From positions 257,217 through 321,216 of the forward strand of contig JAJOLD010000001.1 of NCBI GenBank assembly GCA_021129515.1: a stretch of 64,000 bases of DNA, given 5' to 3'. The stretch is from Minisyncoccota bacterium. GTDB taxonomy: Bacteria; Patescibacteriota; Minisyncoccia; Phycocordibacterales; UBA918. The notes below the pieces were generated by a model. The model was not told the origin of the DNA and ran no database searches. It worked only from the letters and a program-made list of their open reading frames with translations. This document shows positions 1 to 7,615 of this stretch, one piece after another (positions within the stretch are counted from its first letter, which is position 1; the number at the start of each line of letters is the position of its first letter). Position numbers and translations under genes: made by a program.

Positions 1-616
1 CAAGTACTCGGAGGAGTGAGGTGATTGGGAACTTTCGCTTGCGGTCAATCTTCACATATATTGCACCATCAGCTTCAGATTCAATCTCTACCCATGCACC
101 GCGGGCAGGAATGATTTTTGCGCCAAAATAGGTTCCTCCTTTAATATCAGTGGTCGTGAAGAAAATACCGTAACTTCGTGCAAGCTGCGGCACAATCACA
201 CGTTCAACACCATTGATAATGAAGGTACCCTGGTCCGTCATCACCGGAATGTCGGTCATGAAGATTTCCTGGTCCTTTTCACCACCAAAGGTTTTGTTCT
301 TCAGAATTACCTGTGCGCGAAGTGGCGCTTCGTAGGTAATTTTGTTTTCCTTTGCATACTCCGGAGTCGTCTTCGGAGCACCCATTTCATACTTCTTAAA
401 TACCAACTCAAACTTCTTGTCTGAGTAGTCGCTAATTGGAGAAAATTCTTTAAATACCTCCTTGAGGCCATGTTCTACAAACCAGGTGAATGATTCGCGC
501 TGTGGTTGAATCAGGTCAGGAAGGTCGATACGCGGCTTTGTGAAGTGCCGGAACTCCTTCTTTGGCAGCTGTCCCACTGATGGTGGTGTTGCTGTCTTTG
601 GTGCATTTTTAGACAT
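1..616 (-). CDS. rpoB: RNA polymerase beta subunit, N-terminal part (runs off window)
   Basis: Manual translation from ATG at 616: MSKNAPKT...LPDLIQPQRESFTWF...TYEAPLRAQV...IPVMTDQGTFIINGVERVIVPQLARS, typical RpoB N-terminus; absent from ORF track because truncated. Confidence 0.97.
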   Translation of the reverse strand, partial: MSKNAPKTATPPSVGQLPKKEFRHFTKPRIDLPDLIQPQRESFTWFVEHGLKEVFKEFSPISDYSDKKFELVFKKYEMGAPKTTPEYAKENKITYEAPLRAQVILKNKTFGGEKDQEIFMTDIPVMTDQGTFIINGVERVIVPQLARSYGIFFTTTDIKGGTYFGAKIIPARGAWVEIESEADGAIYVKIDRKRKFPITSLLRVL

Positions 617-915
617 TGATTAGATGTTAGTTAGTAGTACGTAGACGGTAGTAAGAAAATTCCTATGGAATTTTCTTATAACGCCCTCTATTAAAATTTG
701 AATACGTTGGGAAACACGAAAAAACCGCGCTTTGCAGCACGTCAGTAACCTCCCCACCTACTCGGCTTGTAATGCAGTCACGTTGTGTATGTTTTGAAAG
801 AAGCTTTGGAACCAGCCGATTCCACGCCCCACCTACGTTGTTTGAGTATGAGCTCTGTACAAAACTCTCCTCAGACGCCTCCATCCAAAACTCAATCAAG
901 TTAGCGTTGCCCGGC
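617..915 (-). promoter_or_regulatory. Long structured rpoB 5' leader or upstream sRNA with terminator-like hairpin
   Basis: Two GTAGGTGGGG copies (752-761, 827-836) each after a stem domain; hairpin plus T6 at 719-741; palindrome near 652-678. Confidence 0.45.
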
Positions 916-943
916 ATTGTACCAGAGCCTCAAAAATAGTCAA
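916..943 (-). promoter_or_regulatory. Sigma70-type promoter upstream of rpoB leader
   Basis: TTGACT-16 nt-TACAAT with TG extended -10 on minus strand. Confidence 0.7.
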
Positions 944-1082
944 CGGCTATACGAGTATAAGTTATGTAGTATGAGAATGAGTATATATGCATTCGATGCA
1001 TCAAGGGATGCATTTCAATATGACACATAAAAACTGCGTAAGTTTCGTATAGACCTGCGCAGTTCAGATACCGCAAAAATTA

Positions 1083-1391
1083 TTATCTAATCGCAATACT
1101 CTCTCCCAACTGGTTGAGCACTGGCTCACCATTACTTGTATATGGTCGCCAAAATAGTTTGGATGCTTCTTCGTCATCAACGTGCCGTCTGTCACAACAC
1201 CTCCATCGAGGTATTAACTTTTCTTCTAGCATGACACAACGTGCCTGTTTTGAGTGTATGCCAAATAAATGCAACAATCCAGCGCGTATAGCACACGTAC
1301 TTCCACATGGCGCATCGATGAGTTTAAATGCGTGTGTAACACGAATCTTTCCGTAAAAAGGACAATCAGGTTGCCGTAGTACATCTTCCAT
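1083..1391 (-). CDS. Hypothetical protein (ORFan)
   Basis: 102 aa ORF filling the gap, AAGGGG SD-like motif, promoter-like TTGCAT..TGATACCAT upstream, hairpin downstream. Confidence 0.6.
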   Translation of the reverse strand: MEDVLRQPDCPFYGKIRVTHAFKLIDAPCGSTCAIRAGLLHLFGIHSKQARCVMLEEKLIPRWRCCDRRHVDDEEASKLFWRPYTSNGEPVLNQLGESIAIR

Positions 1392-1450
1392 ATAATACCC
1401 CTTAATTACGAACCTATGGTGATGGTATCAAAAAATCGTACTGATGCAAC

Positions 1451-2119
1451 TTACGAATGGTTTTTTCGATACTTCTCAATCTCTGCGTGGTTCCCTGTAG
1501 TAAATACTTTCGGCACAGTGTGCTTTTTCTTCTTGTAGATGATTGTTTCTGGACGAGTATACATCTCACCTGATGAAACACGCTCATCTTCGAGCGATTC
1601 ATAGGTACCAAGGACTCCTGGGACATTCCGCGCAACGCTGTCTACAATAGTGAGCGCGGGGAGGTCGCCTGAGGTGAGTACATAGTCCCCCACTGACACC
1701 TCTTCGGCCTTGAGGATTTTTTGTACCCGTGAGTCGATACCCTCATAGCGCCCTGAGATGAGCACTATGTGCTTATGCTTCTTTGCAAGCTTCTTTGCGT
1801 ACGCCTGGTCAAAAGTTTTTCCACGCGGCGACATCATTAACACTTTCACGTCTTTCTTCCGCCCGATTGCTTTTGCAGCCGCCTTGAGGACTGGCTCCGC
1901 CTGCATCACCATACCGGGACCACCGCCATATGGCTTGTCGTCTACCTTCTTGTGTTTATTCTTTGAAAAATCGCGCGGGTCATAGTAGCTCACCTCAATC
2001 TTCTTGCCTTTATGCTTTGCACCTTTACCCTTCTCAGCCTTCTGAGCACGCCCAAGTACCGACGCATCGGTATACGCCTTACAAACCTCTGGGAACAATG
2101 TGATGATATGGAAATGCAT
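1451..2119 (-). CDS. trmD: tRNA (guanine37-N1)-methyltransferase
   Basis: MHFHIITLFP, VDDKPYGGGPGMVM, SGRYEGIDSR, SVGDYVLTSG, YTRP motifs. Confidence 0.97.
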   Translation of the reverse strand: MHFHIITLFPEVCKAYTDASVLGRAQKAEKGKGAKHKGKKIEVSYYDPRDFSKNKHKKVDDKPYGGGPGMVMQAEPVLKAAAKAIGRKKDVKVLMMSPRGKTFDQAYAKKLAKKHKHIVLISGRYEGIDSRVQKILKAEEVSVGDYVLTSGDLPALTIVDSVARNVPGVLGTYESLEDERVSSGEMYTRPETIIYKKKKHTVPKVFTTGNHAEIEKYRKNHS

Positions 2120-2138
2120 GTTTTAGCTCTTAGTATTG

Positions 2139-2573
2139 TTATATTAGTTTATCTTTGTATTTTTCTAGAAAAGTTGGGAATTGAGAATGCATTGGTTCTG
2201 GGAGTGCGTCGAGTGTATACCACTCAAGCGCTAAACATTTTTCAGGTTCCATTATTCGCACCTGGTCAGGATTCACTTGCACTTTAAAGTCAAACTGTAT
2301 CCAATGGGTCTTTGTACCATTCTGTTCACGAAACACCTCTCGGTGTCCTAAAAATTCCATGGCAACAACTTCTGAACCGCACTCCTCTTTTACTTCTCGA
2401 TGTACGGTGTCTTCAATAGTATCACCAACTTCAATACCTCCACTCCCTATTGGATCCCATCTACCATGTTCGTCGCGGCATTTGTCGCTCCGTAAACCTA
2501 AAAGGCACCGACCATTCCCATCATGACAAAAAGTAGTGACCGCATTACCAATATAGTCATATCCTTGTTGCAT
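2139..2573 (-). CDS. Nudix hydrolase
   Basis: Nudix box GGIEVGDTIEDTVHREVKEECG. Confidence 0.88.
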   Translation of the reverse strand: MQQGYDYIGNAVTTFCHDGNGRCLLGLRSDKCRDEHGRWDPIGSGGIEVGDTIEDTVHREVKEECGSEVVAMEFLGHREVFREQNGTKTHWIQFDFKVQVNPDQVRIMEPEKCLALEWYTLDALPEPMHSQFPTFLEKYKDKLI

Positions 2574-2587
2574 ACAGGAATCCTAGC

Positions 2588-2626
2588 ACAGAAGAAGCAC
2601 ATGGCTACGCCATGTGCTTCTTCTGT
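2588..2626. terminator. Long hairpin, probable terminator
   Basis: ACAGAAGAAGCACATGGC-TAC-GCCATGTGCTTCTTCTGT perfect inverted repeat. Confidence 0.6.
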
Positions 2627-2788
2627 AGTTTCCGTGACTTATTTGAAAACTAGAAATGGGATGGAGTGCAAGGCGTGAGAAGAAAATAATATGAGTCTTA
2701 ATTGACGCAAGATATACCTAACCTAAAGACCTTAAACCGAGTAACGTATCAATATAGTACAAAATCTACATTGACTGAGTGCCTTATA

Positions 2789-2914
2789 CCTAAAGATCTT
2801 AAACTGAATGAAGTACGCGGAACAGCAAAGCCGCGACGGAAGACGTACTTAGTGGTACGGCGCCTGTCGCGGCTGTAGCTGTGACAAAGTAATTCGTCAG
2901 TTTAAATCTTTAGG
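2789..2914. repeat. About 126 bp palindromic element overlapping the stop codon of the KH gene
   Basis: Arms CCTAAAGATCTTAAACTGA / TCAGTTTAAATCTTTAGG, inner AGCCGCGAC/GTCGCGGCT and CGTAC/GTACG. Confidence 0.75.
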
Positions 2915-3267
2915 TCGTCGATAGCTTCGTCGAGCGTCTTCTCTTCCATAGGCTCATCACCCCCCATCTCCACAACTTCTGTTGCATCGCCTCCCTGTTC
3001 CATTGCAGCTGGTGGGCGACCTCCTTCTGGTTCATTAATCTTAAGGTTGACCCGTGCATCGTTCTTCATACCAACCACGCGGAGCAATGTTCGAATTGCC
3101 TTTGCAGTGTTACCTGAACGACCGATAATCTTCCCCATGTCGTCAGCATGGACATCGAGTGTAAGGAGTACCCCCATCTCATCGACAGTACGACTACACG
3201 TTACATCCTCTGGGTGATCTACAAGCGCTTTCACAAGCGTCTCGAGAAACTGCTGATCTGATTCCAT
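2902..3267 (-). CDS. khpA: KH-domain RNA-binding protein (KhpA/YlqC family) with acidic tail
   Basis: DMGKIIGRSGNTAKAIRTLL GxxG KH motif, directly downstream of rpsP. Confidence 0.9.
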   Translation of the reverse strand: MESDQQFLETLVKALVDHPEDVTCSRTVDEMGVLLTLDVHADDMGKIIGRSGNTAKAIRTLLRVVGMKNDARVNLKINEPEGGRPPAAMEQGGDATEVVEMGGDEPMEEKTLDEAIDDLKI

Positions 3268-3404
3268 AAATTTCTAGATATATATCTGTTAAGCGTCCGT
3301 TTCACTCTTACAGAAACGTCCTATAGTAATGGTAGCAAGTGACTCTGATACGTCAACACTCCCGCGTGGGTGTGGGAGTGTGAGATACTTCTTGTTTTAA
3401 AGAC

Positions 3405-3920
3405 TTATGCCTTTGCTTCTTCGTCTTCAGTAGTTTCCCCGCCTGCCTCATCGGCGCGGTCAGGTTCGGTCGCAGGAGCCTCCTCTGAAGCTGCTTCTGT
3501 TGATTCCTCTGCTGGTGCTTCCGCCTCCTCAGCAGGAGTCTCATCAGCTTCTGCTGGAGTATCAACTGCCTCAGCTTCAGCAGCTTTCGCTTCTTCCGCC
3601 GCCTTAGCCTCTTCTTCAGCTTTCTTGATAGCTTCTTCGTCAACAATAGGAGATTTCTTTGGGAGGACATTTACCTTCTTCCCGTCGATAATCTTCTCGC
3701 TTACGAGCATATTGTGGACCGTATCTGACACCTGTACCCCTTTTGAGATCCAGTCTTTCGCCTTATCGCCATCGATAACAAGCTTGCCCATTTTAGGATC
3801 AAATGAACCCAACAGGTCTACATGCTTGCCGCTTTTTGGACCTCGACGAGAATCAGTAACCACCACACGATATGATGGGTTATTTCTTCGACCGATTCGT
3901 TGTAAACGCATTTTTAACAT
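3405..3920 (-). CDS. rpsP: 30S ribosomal protein S16 with long acidic C-terminal extension
   Basis: MLKMRLQRIGRRNNPSYRVVVTDSRRGP; WISKGVQVSDTV. Confidence 0.97.
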   Translation of the reverse strand: MLKMRLQRIGRRNNPSYRVVVTDSRRGPKSGKHVDLLGSFDPKMGKLVIDGDKAKDWISKGVQVSDTVHNMLVSEKIIDGKKVNVLPKKSPIVDEEAIKKAEEEAKAAEEAKAAEAEAVDTPAEADETPAEEAEAPAEESTEAASEEAPATEPDRADEAGGETTEDEEAKA

Positions 3921-4007
3921 GACGGGAGAACAATACCAGAATGCACGAATAAGGTCAATATAGGCAGACGCACCTATGCTAACAACCGGATTATATATTG
4001 CAAAATA

Positions 4008-4080
4008 CTAGATTGCCTGCCTGTTTGCCTGTGCGTATACTTACGCAAACAGATGCGTGACGCACAGGCAGGCAATCCAG
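4008..4080. repeat. REP-like nested palindrome
   Basis: CTAGATTGCCTGCCTGT...ACAGGCAGGCAATCCAG; right arm shared with 47676-47698. Confidence 0.7.
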
Positions 4081-4163
4081 AAATGTAATGAGCATAGGTG
4101 CCGCAGAAGAAAAGGCTCAACACACGAGTAGTGTGCTCAGCCCTCAAAGATGCCAATCTATAA

Positions 4164-4520
4164 CTATCCTCCATGTCTGCTGAATTGGAATGTATGTTGC
4201 AAACGATTCGTTGACTCCGTCAGCGATGTCAATATAAGCACATACACATTCGCCAACACAAACAACAGTATGTGCACCAACACCATGCGGTCAAATAGCG
4301 CTACCTGCATTCCATCCGCTACTTGATACATAGCTGCCACACACACCATCCATAAAAGTACTATCACCAGAAAAACCATTACCTCACCAAAATTAAAATT
4401 GGGTGACTTATCGGCTTGTGTGGGATTCCACAGGTATTCTTTTATAAATACCACAGCCATGTAAACCGCCAATACAAAAGGTATGCCAAACTGAACTTGT
4501 GCCACGTAATCCACTGTCAT
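4164..4520 (-). CDS. Small membrane protein (about 3 TM), ORFan
   Basis: Hydrophobic 118 aa ORF, GGAG SD, TTGACA-17-TACTGT promoter. Confidence 0.75.
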   Translation of the reverse strand: MTVDYVAQVQFGIPFVLAVYMAVVFIKEYLWNPTQADKSPNFNFGEVMVFLVIVLLWMVCVAAMYQVADGMQVALFDRMVLVHILLFVLANVYVLILTSLTESTNRLQHTFQFSRHGG

Positions 4521-4633
4521 TAACTTTCTCCAAGTGACCTATATTCCGAGAGGCACAGTACCGACCACGCAATAGTTTGTCAATATAAAAACCGGCGACT
4601 ATGCGCCGGGTTTTCAGATTTTTGACATTGTTT

Positions 4634-4918
4634 TCATCCTTTCAGAAGACGACTACAAGATACTATGGAGAAAATGCTATTGAGTATCATACCCAGCAGC
4701 AGCAACATCACAACAGCTATTGTAGCAGGATTTGCATCATCAGGTATCAAGAAAAGCAACGGAAAGGACACAAATATAAGCACTGTGTATGCGCTTATAA
4801 CAATTCTATCACTTACGATACTACGACCGTATATACGACGTACTGCTGCAAGAGCAAGCCTCACAACAATGTATGCTAGACCATAGCATGTTGCCAACAG
4901 AAAAAAACTATCATCCAT
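4634..4918 (-). CDS. Small membrane protein (about 3 TM), ORFan
   Basis: Hydrophobic ORF; start placed at ATG 4918 after GGAG; promoter nearly identical to that of the neighbour. Confidence 0.72.
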   Translation of the reverse strand: MDDSFFLLATCYGLAYIVVRLALAAVRRIYGRSIVSDRIVISAYTVLIFVSFPLLFLIPDDANPATIAVVMLLLLGMILNSIFSIVSCSRLLKG

Positions 4919-5014
4919 CAGGAACACTCCAAAAGGTGGCTACCAAAATCACAGTACCGACCACAAATTCGTTTGTCAACATACCCTCCCCCGTGTATAC
5001 TCACGAAACTAATT

Positions 5015-7033
5015 ATGACTCAAAATAACAATACAACATATGAAGGCACCCTCCTTGTGCGCGGGAAAGGCATAGGATTTGTTTCTATTCCCGACCACGA
5101 GGAGGATATTGTGATTCCAACCGAATCACTTAATTTCGGACTGGATGGCGACAGAGTCGAAATCGAACTCCTCGACCCGAGAGCAGCTCACGCTGCACGG
5201 GCAGGAAAAAAGCCCGGCGAACGACAAGAAGGGCGCGTAGTGCGTGTTATCGAACCCGCACGTAGTGAGTTTGTGGGGCTTGTTGAAATGAAACCTACTC
5301 CCACAAGTGGGTCGGGCGGGAAAGAAAACTGGCGACTCCTCCCAGACAACCGCCGTATCCATATTCGCCCAGTACTTCCCGAGGCAACTGATACCCACAA
5401 AGGCATGAAGGTGGTGGTAACCATTGACGCATGGCAGAATCCCCATGTAGATCCTGTTGGTAGTATCACTGAAGTGCTCGGTCCTGCAGGCAACCATGAG
5501 ACTGAAATGCAAGCCATCATCCGCAGCGGCGGATTCTCAGAAAACTTCCCCGAACACATCGCTCGCGCCGGGCAAGAACTCTACGAGCAGCGTGAGGACA
5601 TTTTTACAAAAGCCATCGAAGACACCAAAGGTGACAATCCTCGCCGTCGTGATATGCGCCATGCGCCTACCTGTACCATTGACCCGGCTGACGCAAAAGA
5701 CTTTGACGACGCTATTTCGCTTGAGCTTTTAGAAAATGGACATGTGTCAGTCGGTATTCATATTGCTGACGTATCGCACTATGTGCAAGACGGCGACGAT
5801 ATCGACATGGAAGCACGTGAGCGTGGTACCTCTATATACCTTGTAGACCGTGTCATTCCGATGCTTCCTGAGGTACTTTCAAACGATCTCTGTTCACTGC
5901 GACCCCACGAAGACCGGCTCGCCTTCTCTGCCGTATTTGAAATGAATGAAAAGGGAGAGATTTTTGACGAATGGTACGGACAAACCATCATCCACTCCGA
6001 TAAACGCTTTAGCTACGAGGAAGCACAAACTGTGCTCGACAACCAAGATGGCGAGATGCTCACTGAACTCAATAGCATCATGACCATCTCCCGAGCACTC
6101 AGGAAACAACGATATAAAAATGGTGCAATTGCCTTTGAACAACCAGAGGTGCGCTTCGAACTCGATGACGACGGCAAACCAATACGTGCATACACCAAAG
6201 TACGCACTGAAACCATGCTTATGATTGAGGACCTCATGCTCCTTGCAAACCGCAAGGTCGCCGAGTATGTACACCAGTTGAGCAAAAAGCACAATCACGA
6301 AGCAGCATTCGTGTATCGTATTCACGACGAACCAAACCAGGAGAGAATTGAAGACCTCGCAACCTTCTTGCACGCACTCGGGCACGAATTTAAGACACAC
6401 CAAGGCATCGTCAGCTCAAAAGAAATCAACAAAATGCTCAAAGGGATTGAAGGTAAACCCGAAGAAGAGCTCATCAAGACTGCCACTATTCGCTCAATGG
6501 CAAAAGCAATCTACACCACCAAGAATATTGGACACTTTGGACTTGCGTTTAAGTTCTACACCCACTTCACCTCACCTATTCGTCGCTATCCTGACCTCAT
6601 GGTGCATCGTATGCTACGCAGGCACTTAGACCAATCTCCAATCAGCAAGAAGGAGCTCACTAAGTATGAGAACCTCTCTGCACAATCTTCAGAACGTGAA
6701 ATGACCGCCGTGCGTGCAGAACGTGACTCTATCAAGTACAAGCAAGTGGAATATATGCAGGGCAAGGTAGACCAAGAATTCGACGGCACCGTAACCGGCG
6801 TCACCGACTGGGGCGTATATGTTGAGGATAAAGAATCACGCGCCGAGGGTATGGTACGCCTCGCGAGTATCAAAGGTGATTATTACGAACACGATGCGAA
6901 AAAGTATCGCATCAAAGGGCAACGTACCGGACGCACCCTCTCACTCGGTGCAGACGTCCGCATCAAGCTCGTCCGTGCAGACATGGAAGAGCGACAGCTT
7001 GATTTTGAGTTAGTGGAAAAAAAGAAGAAATAA
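5015..7033 (+). CDS. rnr: Ribonuclease R (RNB family)
   Basis: TIDPADAKDFDDAIS, HIADVSHYV, YTHFTSPIRRYPDL, C-terminal S1 domain. Confidence 0.95.
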   Translation: MTQNNNTTYEGTLLVRGKGIGFVSIPDHEEDIVIPTESLNFGLDGDRVEIELLDPRAAHAARAGKKPGERQEGRVVRVIEPARSEFVGLVEMKPTPTSGSGGKENWRLLPDNRRIHIRPVLPEATDTHKGMKVVVTIDAWQNPHVDPVGSITEVLGPAGNHETEMQAIIRSGGFSENFPEHIARAGQELYEQREDIFTKAIEDTKGDNPRRRDMRHAPTCTIDPADAKDFDDAISLELLENGHVSVGIHIADVSHYVQDGDDIDMEARERGTSIYLVDRVIPMLPEVLSNDLCSLRPHEDRLAFSAVFEMNEKGEIFDEWYGQTIIHSDKRFSYEEAQTVLDNQDGEMLTELNSIMTISRALRKQRYKNGAIAFEQPEVRFELDDDGKPIRAYTKVRTETMLMIEDLMLLANRKVAEYVHQLSKKHNHEAAFVYRIHDEPNQERIEDLATFLHALGHEFKTHQGIVSSKEINKMLKGIEGKPEEELIKTATIRSMAKAIYTTKNIGHFGLAFKFYTHFTSPIRRYPDLMVHRMLRRHLDQSPISKKELTKYENLSAQSSEREMTAVRAERDSIKYKQVEYMQGKVDQEFDGTVTGVTDWGVYVEDKESRAEGMVRLASIKGDYYEHDAKKYRIKGQRTGRTLSLGADVRIKLVRADMEERQLDFELVEKKKK

Positions 7034-7046
7034 AACAAACACCCAA

Positions 7047-7085
7047 AAAGCCTCACAAGTCGCCTACGGCAACTTGTGAGGCTTT
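7047..7085 (+). terminator. Intrinsic terminator of rnr
   Basis: AAAGCCTCACAAGT..GCCTACGGC..ACTTGTGAGGCTTT. Confidence 0.7.
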
Positions 7086-7099
7086 CACATACCATATGT

Positions 7100-7552
7100 A
7101 GTGTATCCCGATACCAGTATCGGTGTTACATTATATCATACTATTGTGCTGTTGATGGAGTCGTGTGTGAAAGAAAGCCCATACTCACCCGTCATCACTA
7201 CTAATGGAAAAGAAACGACACAATCCAAATACAGGAAATTTTATGGATGCGCTCTTGCTTATCGCAGCGTTACTCTTTCTGATTGTGCCGTGGCTTCGGT
7301 TCTGAACATACTCTCCAGCCCCTCCTAATACATAGAGAGACCGAGAGCAACATGCGTGCAACAGTTATTTCCATTAACCAACTCTACACACGCTTTATTT
7401 TTTCTGTTTTTTCACCATTTCTTGTATGGATTGTAGACGTGTGGTCATTTGAGATCGCCTTTTACGCTTCAGCGCTGATTTTAGGAGGACTCGCAGTGCT
7501 TGCACTTGTCTCATTACTGCATGCAATACACATTCGAGAGCAGTACGTGTAG
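7100..7552 (+). pseudogene. Remnant of MFS transporter C-terminus
   Basis: HRETESNMRATVISINQL followed by two TM helices resembles an MFS C-terminal end; no intact upstream frame. Confidence 0.55.
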
Positions 7553-7554
7553 GA

Positions 7555-7590
7555 AAAGCGCTGTGAATCAACAACGATTCACAGCGCTTT
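7555..7590. terminator. Bidirectional terminator
   Basis: AAAGCGCTGTGAATC-AACAAC-GATTCACAGCGCTTT between convergent genes. Confidence 0.75.
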
Positions 7591-7615
7591 AATATTTAGT
7601 GAGCATTTATTCATT

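Noticed and set aside
663..917. 84 aa ORF upstream of rpoB
   Set aside because: Its start overlaps the -10 box and the protein has no recognisable features; better read as leader RNA
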